DNA of 62,920 nt, counting the filler, from Sluysia triapertura (taxonomy: Eukaryota), in the NCBI GenBank assembly GCA_046118255.1. It is 5 parts of 5 records of this genome, joined end to end, with 100 filler letters (N's around TTAATTAATTAA, not from the genome) between each part and the next. Parts side by side here need not be neighbours in the genome. Positions count along the whole stretch, not along the records: positions 23,858 to 36,312 come from JBJNIA010107538.1; 4 more parts are not named here. One strand, given 5' to 3'. The notes beneath the pieces were generated by a model. The model was given only the letters and a program-made list of their open reading frames with translations, had not been told where the DNA came from and ran no database searches. This document shows positions 23,983 to 36,412 of the stretch, piece by piece (the first letter of the stretch is position 1; each line of letters begins with the position of its first letter). The position numbers and the translations under genes were made by a program.

Positions 23983-26180
23983 CAACGATATCAACAAATG
24001 AAGATCCATTCAATTAGCAATCATCTGAATAGACAGATTTATATATACAACTAATAGCTTTAAAATTACAACTGAAATCATCGTACCATATCTGAATGCA
24101 GACTATGAATACAATGAACCACGTGAATGAATTCTGAATCAATGTCTAATATTTAACTTTTGAAATTAATTATCATTCTGCTTTAATCATATCTGTTGCC
24201 ACTTCAGTATGATAAGTTAGAATTTTTACCCTTGCTTTTTCAATAAGGTTTTACCTTCCTGACGATGATAAATGTTAAATTTCTATTATTAGTTTTAAAG
24301 ACTTCTCCGATGTAAGACGTTGTAATTAACGTGCCATTATTTTTCGAAAAGTTTCAGTACAGGTTCCTAGCAACGATTCTGAATGGTTTTGAAAATACCG
24401 AGTAATATAAAAACATTCAAGAAAATCAATAACTCTTAATATTTAATTTTTACAGTTGGACATTTCATCAAATATGTGACTCTGAATTCTTTTCATTCAT
24501 TTTTTGCTCAACACTTGCATTAATTTTCAATAAAAATTTAATTTGCAAAACATAATTAACATTGATAATCGTTAAGTTCATTATCGGACTAAAGGTGTCA
24601 GTAATTACAACTATAATAATGACGGTACGTGTATAAAAAATTACAATATATTCCAAAAAATTATTTTTAAACTTGTTTTGTCACTATATAAAAAATTCAT
24701 TTATCTACCTGTACTTATTGTAAGCGTTTTAAATTTTGTTGAATCACATATTCCTTTAGTTTAAAATTTTGTATATTTTATGTAAATATTACATGCCATA
24801 AAAGTAATGCAAAATATGAATTTCAGAATCAAAAATGTAAAAGTTAAATACATATAAAATTCAGTATTCACTTTTGTTACATAAATACGTAAAACATATT
24901 TTGATATTTAAATATCAAAAATATTGTATCTTTATTTAGTATTTTTCTTCATTATACATTTAGCTGTTTTAAAATAAATTTCAATAAAACGATGTATTCC
25001 TTGTAGATTTAGAAACATATTTTAAAATAAATTGAACCCAATAAAACAACCCAAGCAAAAGAAACTGATATCAGACGTTTTTAAAACCATTTATTATTAA
25101 ATCACTTTCACTTTACTTATTTCGTTTTTTCATATTTTTGTCGTTTTTTATTAAATATCAATAATTTTAACATAAATTTAATTGAAATCTTATACACCGT
25201 TTCATTATTTTAAATAGTACCATAATTTTCAGATTTATTACATTTATTATTATTGAAAGCTAGACTAAGAAAAGGTAATGCTTTGTAAAATGATTATCAT
25301 AATCTCTACTGCATTAAATAAGCACGAATGTTTAATATTCAAACTCATCATTCCTATTCAAAAATATTTAATGGTATATATACTCATATTAGTATATATT
25401 ATGAGTACAATAATTTGTTTTAGAAATATAAAATACAAAACAAATATATGTGACCTGATCATTAAATATTAAAGTACTTACATCATTAAATAATCTTTAA
25501 AATGAACTTTAAGTTCACAAAAATTATATTATAGTTAGTAATCTTTATGAAAATAAAATTATTTGTTAGTTACACACACATTTCGATTAAAATTTAACAC
25601 TTAGGACATCGCGATATTTACGAATTTAGTAAAAATACAACATTTTTGTTGTTTAATTTCGTATTTCATTTAATACAATATTTATCTAGAATTATAAATA
25701 TTAACTTTTAAGCGATAGAGTACCTCAAGTTGTAATTTTGAACAAAATATCTTGACTAAATAAATAAAATTTTCTGTAAATGTTAGAAATAGAATATTTT
25801 TATGATATTGTGTAAATGCAATAAATTCGTATTACAAATTATATCATAGAAAATTAAAAATATAATACAAACAAATCGGGCAAAATTTAATCTGGATAAA
25901 CAAAAGATGAAATTATTTACACATGGACAATACTTATTAATAAAAAATAATTGACTATAAAATCTCTAAAACTTTATGAAAACCAACAAATAAAGTTTAA
26001 AAAAAATAGTTGAAAATAAAGAAAGTAAAATTTAAAACATCGACTTAGTAATAGATATAACTAAAACATTTAATAATCATGTCAAAATTTACGCATTATC
26101 AAAATCAATGAATTTCTAAAATAAAAAAATAAAAATCAATAATAGTCACCATTTTCTAAAAAAATGTAGTAAGGTTTCAC

Positions 26181-26181
<1 letters not shown>

Positions 26182-26239
<58 letters not shown>

Positions 26240-26268
26240 AATAATTATTATTATTATTATAATAATAA
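26182..26268. repeat. (AAT)n switching to (ATT)n microsatellite
   Basis: Direct reading. Confidence 0.95.
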
Positions 26269-26479
26269 TTTAGAGTACATCTTGCGCTTCTGTAATAGTT
26301 GATTTTCTTTAATTGTCAGAAGGATAATGAATTGTTAGCATAGTTTTTTGAAGATCGAGATAACTGCTATTCTTTCGTATTTCGTATAATATAATTATAG
26401 TGATAATAGATAATTTCATAAATTATAATTTCGTATAGTAATAAAATCACATTAATAATTTCATTATAATAATTCATTA

Positions 26480-26602
26480 AATTGTTAGACTTCGTAAAAG
26501 GGACCATCGCTGCGCAGTTCGAATGCTCTACCACTGAGCTATCAGCCCCGTCTAACAGTTTTATTTTATTATTGTCAATTTTACCAAATAGCACTTTAGG
26601 CC
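26480..26602 (-). repeat. tRNA-derived repeat, 5' part (A box), tRNA-Cys-like, T arm deleted
   Basis: Minus strand GGGGCTGATAGCTCAGTGGTAGAGCATTCGAACTGCGCAGCGATGGTCCC. Shares ~55-bp 5' flank and 3' flank with the copy at 60991-61116. Confidence 0.8.
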
Positions 26603-26629
26603 TTTTACCTCAACAAAATTAATCTCCGG

Positions 26630-26960
26630 TTTAAGATGATTTTAATTAATCATAATGTTTTTAAACTTTAATTTAATGCTATTTCTATTTAATCTTAGAT
26701 TAAGATGATTTTAATCGATCATAATGCTTTTAAATTTTAATATCATATTACTTTTCTCTATTCTATCTAATCTTTAATTTAAAATGATTTTTATCGAATA
26801 TAATGTTTTTAAATTTTAATCCTAATTTTATTTAATTAATCAACTGTGATAGTAGGGTTTAATGTTTATAAATTTTGATTTTATATTACCTCTATACAAT
26901 CTCACTTTAAAACAATTATTCTATAAAAACATTATGATTTCAATCATGTTTTTATAATAA
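26630..26960. repeat. Degenerate tandem array (~70-bp unit TTTAAGATGATTTTAAT..CATAATGTTTTTAAATTTTAAT)
   Basis: Units at about 26630, 26699 and 26778. A related array lies at 30335-30640. Confidence 0.75.
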
Positions 26961-27286
26961 TTAACATTAAAATAACTGAAGATTTATATGAGCATTACCT
27001 TTACAGTATGTTTTTTCATTTTTATGATTATTTTCTTTTCTTTTGTTTACATCTTAAATTAAATGTACTTTTGAAATGTTTTTTTCGTGATTTTAGATTT
27101 TTATACTGATTCTTTTTAAGTTATTAATATATTTTAGTTTTACATTAATTATTTATTTAAGATTTATTTTATTAAACAAATTTTAGTTTAATTTTCTCAC
27201 GGTAATAATAAAAATAATAATAATAGTAAATAATATCACATCAATATTTTAATAAGTCTTAAATTTTATTTTGTTGGATCTTTAAG

Positions 27287-27778
27287 GATGTTAGTATTCA
27301 AAATAAAGAATCACCGAAATTGACATTATTGAACCAAAACTCAGGACCATCGTCTGTCTGTGCTGATTGCGACATAAATCCCAGTGAGTGGATCTCAAAA
27401 CGTCTACTAGTTCAATTGTGTACTAGTTGTGCCAGTTTACATATTGATAAAGGAATCTCTTTAGAAATGGTATATCTTAATACTCAATTACGCAGTTGTA
27501 CAATATTGAAAGAATTATATGAATATGTTGGTGGAAATCAAAAATTAAATAATGAATTCTGGTTGGCTTTACCTTATCGTCATGAAATACATCGAGAAAC
27601 AATATTACTGGGTGATTTCGGAAACTATATTGTAAATAAATATTTGGCTAAAATGTATATATACGAACAATACAAAACTAAAAATTTCTTATTGTGGAAA
27701 TCGAATTTGTTGGATATGAATCATGGATCTTTGTTTCAGTTCTATCAGAAATGGTTTTCATTGGTCAGTACCAGTTAG
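27287..27778 (+). CDS. Divergent ArfGAP-domain exon lacking the catalytic arginine
   Basis: CADC-x16-CTSC zinc finger with the conserved W, then GGNQKLNNEFW and YIVNKY. The canonical C-x2-C-x3-H-R reads CTSCASLHI. In-frame AG acceptor at 27285-27286. Confidence 0.8.
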   Translation, partial: DVSIQNKESPKLTLLNQNSGPSSVCADCDINPSEWISKRLLVQLCTSCASLHIDKGISLEMVYLNTQLRSCTILKELYEYVGGNQKLNNEFWLALPYRHEIHRETILLGDFGNYIVNKYLAKMYIYEQYKTKNFLLWKSNLLDMNHGSLFQFYQKWFSLVSTS

Positions 27779-30334
27779 TTGTTAATGATTATTATATAAA
27801 ATCGAGTAATGCGTATTTATATGCATAATCTGGAACTTCAAAACATACTTCGCTTCATTAAATAGATCCGAAATAATGATATTTAAGGACTGTTTCTGTT
27901 GTAAAGATGAATTTAAAGTAAACTTCTGAAATCTCATTTTTTAAATATAATAAATATGCATTGACATATTAATATTATCAGTAGACGATAAATGGTCATG
28001 CATTATTTTTAAAAAGATTATCTCATATTATTTCTGGTTTGATTCTAGTTTTCCCAGTGGCGGAATTTGCGGTTCCAATTTCTATGCCACTGCCAACATG
28101 TTTGTTTCTCGATTTAATTAGTCTATGATGGTAGTATAATCCATCTTATTTCAGTTATTCATTTCGTAATTATTTACATTATTATGATTCATTTATCATT
28201 TATCAGCCATTAGCTCTAGAATCTGCTTAATAAAGAACTAAGTAAATTTTTAACGCAACGAAAGCATGCTTAGAAAATCTCTTGCAATAACATTTAAGTT
28301 TTATTTTCATGAAGAAATGTGGTATTCGTTTTTGAACGGTTAATGTACTTTTCCATTTTTACAGCGATTATTATCGATCTTGGTTTTAATATCCATTTCT
28401 TACCATGACTAGCTATGAGTATTTCGTATTATTTTATTTATATTTGTGTTTCCTTTCGCCTCCAGCAAAAATTTTCTTCAATTATAATTAGTTTCTTATT
28501 CACACTACGAATATTACTAATATTACTAATGATACTAATATTTCATTTAGTTTTTCTTTGGTGGTTTTTAAACTTTTTTTATTACAGCAATGAGTCAAAT
28601 TGTGTAAAAGTTTTCGTTTCAGCTGTAACAGTTATTCTTCAATAATAAATCATCGAAGCAATAATTAAGAAAAGCCTGACTGCTAAATTTAATCCAATAT
28701 ATATTACCATTTTGCCAAATATTTGTTTCAACCTTCATGTTATTCTTGAAAAGTTGTTTTACTTGGGTCATTAAATTTAGAAATTGCTTTTGAGTTTAGT
28801 TACAAGTTAAGTCGACATATTACACGATTATGCCTTAATATATTTAAAATTATTCAAAAGTGTATTTAAAAATATTCATTACTGTATTTAAAATTATTAA
28901 TATTGTTAAATTTAGAAAATGATTCAAACTTAGTAATCGTTCTTTGCCGAACTTAAAATGACTCCGGATTCTTTCTTATATTAATGAATTTATATATACT
29001 TTATCTATACTTATAATAAATGTAAACAATTAACTTTTCGACACCAACTTAATGAAATGTTTTTGACAAATTCTCAATCAAAATCTCACTTTTCAACAAT
29101 AGTTTAAGCTGTTTCAATTATAAATTATTACTCGTTTACAATTGTTTAAAGACATTTAGTAGTTGATTTATCTTATGAACTCTTTATTATCTCGTTCTAT
29201 AAATAATGTTTACGTCTTAGCCTTATTTTATATAAACACGTGAGCTGATGACCTGAAATGGAAACGCGAAAGTAAGTGTTTATTTTGCAAAATTGAATTT
29301 CGTTTTAATGAAAATACTCAAATTTAGTTATCGTAGAAATATTATTTCAACTTAATAAAGTAGTTTGTTTTTTCTCTTTTGGGCTCCCCTTCCAAAAACC
29401 AACTACAAATCACAAAAACACAAGTCGAATTTATGAAGATTTATTAAGAGAAACTTTTACACATTTTTTTACAGGTAATATGATTATAAATCAATTCAAG
29501 TATCGATATAAAGTTTATTAACAGAATGCTTATAACAAACAAATGCTTTATAAAATTTATTTTTGCAGGTAATATAATTATAGATTAGTTCAAATGCTTT
29601 TATAAAATTTATTGAATATTTATAGCAATCAACAGAATTAATTAATTCAAATACTTTTATGAGGTATTTTATGTTACGCTTATTCTGAACGAAACAAAAT
29701 TAGTAACTATTACTTACTGCAATATAAATGTACAAAATATAATCCAATCAATGTCTCGTCTATTTACCAAGTAGAGTAGACTGAAGTCCAAAATCTCTGT
29801 AATTAGTAGCAAGATTTTTCTTTCTTTTAAAGTCATTTCCAGTAGCAAATCAATAAAATTCTTGTATAAGTACAATGAGTGTGTTTTTGTGGAATTTTTA
29901 TCGCTATTTATACTGCTATTTACTACAACTATCTTTAATGCTATTTATTATTATTTTTGCAATAATCAATATAATCGTTAATAATTTTATCAAAATTCAT
30001 AGTAGAATAATAATTTTTTGATGTAATATTTTGTAATAATTGTATAAACCACTTGGAACTGTTATTGTTTTTAATACTTTCTTGGAGCACATGACTTGAT
30101 CTCATTATTTTAACAGCTGCATTTTATTTTAAAGTTGTAGTTATTAAAAGACAATGCATTATTAAAAATTATTAAATTCAACAATTACACCTCTAATTTT
30201 CCCTAATACACAAACTAAAATGATAAATAAGAAATGTAAATAATATTTTAAAATATTAGGATGTTTCCTAATATTAAGAATTTTAAAAATACACTTAAGA
30301 TACCTCAGAAAATAATAAAATTGGATTTTAAATA

Positions 30335-30640
30335 TAATTTAAGATAATGTTTTTAAGATAATTTTGATCGGGTTTTATGTTCTTAAAATTTGATTTCATA
30401 TTACTGTTATTGATTCTTAATTTAAGATGATTTATTGACTACAATAATAAGGTTTGATGTTTATATATTTTAATTTCGTATTGTATTTATAGGATCTTAT
30501 TTTAAAATGATTATATACACATTTTCACTTTAAATTTAATTGTTATTTGTTATTAAATTTTGAATTTATTTTAACTATATGTAATCTCATTTTAAATTGA
30601 TACTAAAGCATTATAATCTTAATTTTTAACCAATATTTTA
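30335..30640. repeat. Second degenerate array related to 26630-26960
   Basis: TTTAAGATGATTT..ATAATAAGGTTTGATGTTTATATATTTTAATTTCGTATT aligns with 26840-26920. Confidence 0.7.
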
Positions 30641-31392
30641 TTAAAATTAATGTATAAATATTATATTTTATTAAAAATTTTTATTTTATAAATTATTCTA
30701 TTAAAACTGAGTTTAATTAAAATGAAGAATGAGCAGTATGTCTATATATTATATTACAATATTTTGTAAGTAGTTTTTACCTTACTTGCAAAATGAATTC
30801 TTCGATGTGTCCGCCTATAGAAAACGTTTTCTAAGAATAGACGAATCTGTAGGATTTAAAAGATAATTTATAAGAAATCGTTATACTAATGGTCGATACT
30901 ACAATTAGATTAGATGGACTGTGTGTTGTCTATTTATTCTTGTTTTCTGATCATGTTTAATTAGATTGATTTCCTTTTTATTTAACTAAATAACTAAATG
31001 AAAATATGAAGAATTTATTACGAATTATCAAAAGAAAACTAATATTACAACTAAGGTAACTTCAGTGTTATATAAAGCAATATTAAGATTACTCTTAGTT
31101 AATAATTTTTAAATGTGACTCCTTACACACATACGATTTATCTTTAAAATCGTATAATAATTATGTGTTGGTTTGTATTGGTTAGTATTCATTTTTTGAT
31201 TTATACTTTATTAGAATTATAGATTTTCTTGTTTTCTCGACACTTTCATCTGTTGTATGACCTTTTTTCGACTTGCTAATTAGGTATTCTTCTTGCGATC
31301 TCTTTTGTGTTTTTTCTTTTACTTCTTAATTTTGTACAATTATATATACCATAATTATGTATAAGTTTCAGTGTTGTATTTTATATGTTCAG

Positions 31393-31970
31393 ATAAACCA
31401 GCTGATGATATTTTAACAGATGTAGAAAAGTCTTTAGATAACAATAATATGGCGAAAGTTTTCTTTTACATTCAAAAAAGCAGTATAGAACCAAATTTAA
31501 ACCATTGTAAGCGATTTATTTTCAATGTAAATTTCTTTCTTGGTACCACTGAATGTTGTTTACCAGTAAAGATATTCCAAATCGAATTTTATGATAAATT
31601 TCTGTTAATTCAAACTGAGTGCAATTTATATATTAATCAAAAATACAAAAACATTACTTGTATTACTTATGACAGTATTGCCGCATTGTATGTCGATACT
31701 ATTAAATTACCATTTTTAAGCAATCGAAAAGGTATTCATTTGATAGTATTACCACCAATTTTGGTGTCATTTTCGAACATACATTTAATTACAGTGGACA
31801 ATTTATTTATTTATGAACAAGACCAAATCTCAAATAATACATCTTTAACAAATAATTTAAATAATGTGAAACTTTTTTTACTTGAAATGTTATTAAATGA
31901 ACCAAATCAACATATTTATAACGATATTGATGCTTACTTATCATTATATAGTGGTTCTGATTTGAAATAG
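31393..31970 (+). CDS. Orphan terminal exon (~192 aa), unknown function
   Basis: 600-nt open frame in AT-rich DNA; TTCAG acceptor at 31392; beta-rich-looking sequence with no recognised motif. Confidence 0.6.
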
Positions 31971-32114
31971 ACTAATGATAATAATAGAATCACTGATGTA
32001 ATACATCTAATACATCTAATGTAATACAGTAAAAGCTATATATATGTATAAATGAAGATGCTTTTCCAATACGTTGTCTTTACTAAAAGTCTAACTTTAG
32101 CAAAATTGCTTTTC

Positions 32115-32115
<1 letters not shown>

Positions 32116-32182
<67 letters not shown>
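32116..32182. repeat. (AAT)n microsatellite
   Basis: Direct reading. Confidence 0.97.
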
Positions 32183-32185
<3 letters not shown>

Positions 32186-32259
32186 AAAGGTAAAAAAAAG
32201 ACAATTAATAATAATGATAACAATTGTATAATTACTATATTAATTAATATAAAGTTGGT

Positions 32260-32550
32260 GATATTTATTACGAAATTTTATCGTGAAAATTATTACAAAA
32301 GTTATTATAGAAGTTATTATTTGTCGAATATATTATATAACGATAAAGATTATAATTTTAACTCGAATTTTGAAAAGATATAAATCGTAATAATAATAAT
32401 AGTTCATGATTGTTAAATGAGATGATCGTGTTTACTTTTGAATGAGTTTAATAGTTCGTTTAGTAGTTTGTGTATGTAGGTATCGTTTTTAAGTGATGAT
32501 TTGTGCTGAACTTTATGAAATGAGTTATAGTGAATATTGTGTGATGAATT
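32260..32550 (-). repeat. Diverged copy of 19340-19588
   Basis: Translates NSSH...YIHKLLNELLNSFKSKHDHLI* versus NSSH...HIHKLLNKLPNSFKIKHDYHI*. The downstream sequence ATTTATTACGAAATTT is also shared. Confidence 0.85.
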
Positions 32551-33938
32551 ATGATGGATACCGTATTTATAATTGACCAAGTTACAGGCCCCCCACTATA
32601 CGTCCTAAGACGTTTATTGTAACCTGACACTGCAAAAAAATATTTTTCCGTAGGTTAAGTGATAGAAAAACCAGAGCAGATCTAATCCAATAAAAAGGTA
32701 CTATTTTTCTACCGAATTGTTCTGCCTATCCTCCACATCTTTTTACATTTATTCATCATATTTCTATTTCAGCTTTTATTCTCCTACTACTCCGACATCG
32801 TCATATTACCAGCTACTCCTTCAAAATCAAGAAAATTCAGCGTCTGCCTACTCTAAAACTCGCTACGATGTTTGAAATCCAACATACCATCAGTGTCCTA
32901 GTCATCACAATTGAATCTAAATTCCGCCGTCATCGTCCATTTGTTCACCAACGCCTAATCACCTCAGTCATTACTGAGACAAATATCAATTGATTTTTCA
33001 GATTCGTACATATTTTACTTATTTTGTCAATTGATATGAAGACAAGTCTTACAAAGCGCTTATAAATACACATAAATTCTTATTTCCACATTATTATTAG
33101 TACTATTATCAGATAATCTAACATCTCTACTAGATTCTATTTTGCTAAATTGTTACTTTAACATTAAATTATTTGTTATTACATTTAGTAGAATTAAAAC
33201 CAAATCCAAATTGTAAATTAGCATCTGATAAACACTGACATTATAAATAAAATAATATATATTGTAAAAAAAACTTTCTAAATTACCCTATTGAATTTTT
33301 GATATTCAAAAATGAGAAATTTACAAAATAGTTTATTTGTAAATTCATAAAATATATTTCATCAATATCACAATTAGATATACATAAATCATATTATAAT
33401 ATCATGAATCAGTAAGACAATGCTTATAAGAAATGTTTTGAAATATTACAATTAAAATCATATTTAAATCAAATTGTTTGTAGAAAGATTTTGTTTTAAA
33501 CGCTGTACAGTAAAGAAAAATGTCAATGGATTCAAAAAAAACAATTTACAATTTATTTGTAAATATTTTCTAAATTATAAAATTATATTAAAATGTTTAA
33601 GAAATGTAACCACAATTTTCTTTACTGTTTAGTAGACAAAAATAATTCGAAATAGATGGCTTCCAAGTATGAAATCACTATATTGTTTTATGAAATTAGA
33701 TATGTATATATACACTACGGCAGATATATATTGTAACCATAGATTTTTTAGAATATATTTTAAAATTATGTATAATCAAGTAAGATAATTCAGCTAGTTC
33801 ATTTTATCTGCATTATGCAGATAAAATAAACTTATAATTATTTTAATTACTAATTTTAATGAAAAATTTTATCATCTAATATTTAAAAGTTCCAAAATTT
33901 CTCCATTGCATATAAATAGTAAAATGAAAGTTAAAACT

Positions 33939-34745
33939 TTAAGGATTACTATTTTGTTGATCTAATAAAGCATTATCATTATTTTCTACTGCTAAATTTC
34001 TGTTATTTGTTAAAAACAATACACTGGACGTGTTACTGCGATTTAATACAGGTTGTGATATATGCCCTAATGAATCATCACTTTCCCAAGGCCACAAATT
34101 ACTTATTGTCCGTTCATCTTGACGACTTACTCTGTCATTATAATCAACATTATTGTCATAATTTGTTGACAACAATTCAACATTATTATTTTGTAAATTA
34201 AGCCAATCTTGCCACATTTCAGGAGTTGTGTAATAGGAATTTGTATTTTGAACAACCCAAGATGATTCAACATTTTGTAACACTAATTTTCTATCTTTAA
34301 TTAATTCATCGCGATTTTCAACAGCATTTTTATCAAACAAAACTAAAATATCTTTAATAAAATTATCAATAATTTTAGTACCAATCACAAATTCGGTGGT
34401 TATACGACAAATTGGACATGTATCTGCATGTAAAAACCACATTCTAATACAGTAAGAACAAAATATATGACCGCATGGTAAAATACAACTATCTAAATAA
34501 ATTTCTTTACAAATTCCACAATCTAAATTTTTTTCTAATTTATTTTTTAAAGAATCATATAAAGTTGTTTTAATTGATTCAGTGAGTAAATCTTTTATAT
34601 TATCATAATCGTCAGTTTGTGTCGATTTATCTGAATTAGTTTGTTTAAGAATTTTAATTTTTTCTGATTGATCTTCAGTCCAACATTGGATACGGAATCT
34701 TTTTCTTGATTTACTACTAGATTCAGATAACGAATTTCTATCCAT
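33939..34745 (-). CDS. Intronless RING-HC (C3HC4) E3 ligase, RNF8-like, without FHA domain
   Basis: LEKNLDCGICKEIYLDSCILPCGHIFCSYCIRMWFLHADTCPICR...IIDNFIKDIL...RDELIKDRK resembles the RNF8 RING plus post-RING helices (FCSYCINEW..CPICR..VLDNCINKMV..RIVLIRERK). ATG to stop is 268 aa. Confidence 0.88.
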   Translation of the reverse strand: MDRNSLSESSSKSRKRFRIQCWTEDQSEKIKILKQTNSDKSTQTDDYDNIKDLLTESIKTTLYDSLKNKLEKNLDCGICKEIYLDSCILPCGHIFCSYCIRMWFLHADTCPICRITTEFVIGTKIIDNFIKDILVLFDKNAVENRDELIKDRKLVLQNVESSWVVQNTNSYYTTPEMWQDWLNLQNNNVELLSTNYDNNVDYNDRVSRQDERTISNLWPWESDDSLGHISQPVLNRSNTSSVLFLTNNRNLAVENNDNALLDQQNSNP

Positions 34746-35188
34746 GTATATATTGAAAATTAATTGATTGAAATTTAAAAAGATCGATTAATTAATTAAG
34801 ATAGTATTTATTTTAATACTAAATTTTAGTTTATTATAAATATAAATTGTTTTTAATATCATATTTTATACTTACTATGTAAATTTATATTTCAACGAAA
34901 AATTAATGTTTTCATTAATAAATTCTCAATGTAAGTATTCTTTAAATAATCTTTAAAAATATTCTTCATTAATCAATAAGTATGTAATTTAATAAAAGTT
35001 GTATGCACAAGAAATAATTTATATATAAAAGTGTTGTATCAAAACTATGACATATCTACTTATTCAATGTGTACGTGTGTTTGTGTGTTTGCAGTAAATT
35101 TAACTTATTGAGTTGTTATTGGTTATAAAGATGAAAATTAGTGACCATATTACTTAAAGTTAATGATTTTTAATTTAAAACTAAAGTT

Positions 35189-35381
35189 ATGACAGAAATA
35201 ATTAATAATGACGCTGAAAAATGGGATCATTGTTCATATTTAATTAACTCAAGTGATTTATTAGTAACTGAAGAAGAAAAACAATTATTTCCATTTGACA
35301 ATAATCGACAGCAATCAAATTCAGATAATATAGATATTTATTTAACAGAAACTAAAGTTGATACGCTGAAATTTAATAATG
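35189..35381 (+). CDS. Probable first coding exon of an unknown gene
   Basis: ATG at 35189, acidic open frame, donor G|GTGAGA at 35382. Confidence 0.5.
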
Positions 35382-35570
35382 GTGAGATTTTCTTGATTGT
35401 TAAACAATAATAAATTAAATTAAATTAAAATTTTGAAATTTATTATTTGTAATTTTGCGACAAATTAAAATGCTTGATTAAGTAAATAAAATAAGATTTT
35501 AATAATCAAAATTTAATGATTAATCATTTAAAAACAAAACAAAAGTATTTATAAATTATTATATATTAAT

Positions 35571-35670
35571 AATATATTAATTTGTATTGAGTTAATACAT
35601 CTTTAAAATAAGTACTGAGTGCGCTTCCTATAGTATTTCCGAAACAGAAAGAACTTTGCCTTTTTCTGAA
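35571..35670 (-). repeat. Family B, diverged inverted copy
   Basis: Reverse complement reads AAGGCAAAGTTCTTTCTGTTTCGGAAATACTATAG-GAAGCGCACTCAGTACTT...CAATACAAATTAATATATT. Confidence 0.7.
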
Positions 35671-35834
35671 GCATGTCACCTAGGTTATTATAACTGTGGG
35701 TTCTAATGACATTCATTTTGGTTTCCGAAATTTTTACTATTTCCAAGAGATTTTCAGGATTTTGAACCAATGTAATTCTTCAAAATAAGGTGTCACACAA
35801 CTTACTTTAATTTAATTGATTTTCTGTTTTTCAA

Positions 35835-36170
35835 ACCCAATTTTCTAATGAAAAAATGTTGAGGTTCTTATTCTCAAATAAACCATTATGCAGATATATC
35901 AAATACATATATAGATTTTCCTCTTTCATAGCAATCATCTCATTCAATTCATATTTTCACCATTCTATGTATTAAAAATTCAACATTCCATAATTAAAAA
36001 TTTATTAAATTTTGACTTTTCTCAATATTAAGGCTTCCCTTGCATGAACTCGGTCAAACCATACCTTCATCGAAAGATCTTTTTAAAGCAAATACATATA
36101 CAGTTTCTAATTTAACATGGCATTCCGCATTCAAACATTATTCACAAAAACGTACATTTTCTTAATTAAG
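35835..36170 (-). repeat. Family A, copy 3
   Basis: Collinear with 5575-5910. Confidence 0.85.
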
Positions 36171-36312
36171 TTAATTGTTGTGTTTTTCAATAAAATTATT
36201 AACCCTTCTTTATCAAAACTTAAATCAAACAAAACTGAATCTCGATATATTTTATAAATCAAATATTATAATACAAACCTTTATATCACAATTATAAATA
36301 TAACAATAAAAC

Positions 36313-36412
36313 NNNNNNNNNNNNNNNNNNNNNNNNNNNNNNNNNNNNNNNNNNNNTTAATTAATTAANNNNNNNNNNNNNNNNNNNNNNNNNNNNNNNN
36401 NNNNNNNNNNNN
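36313..36412. other. Artificial contig linker
   Basis: N44-TTAATTAATTAA-N44. Confidence 0.99.

Noticed and set aside
29236-29282. Hammerhead-like CTGATGA...GAAAC..GTA
   Set aside because: Stem II is weak and stem I does not pair next to the core.
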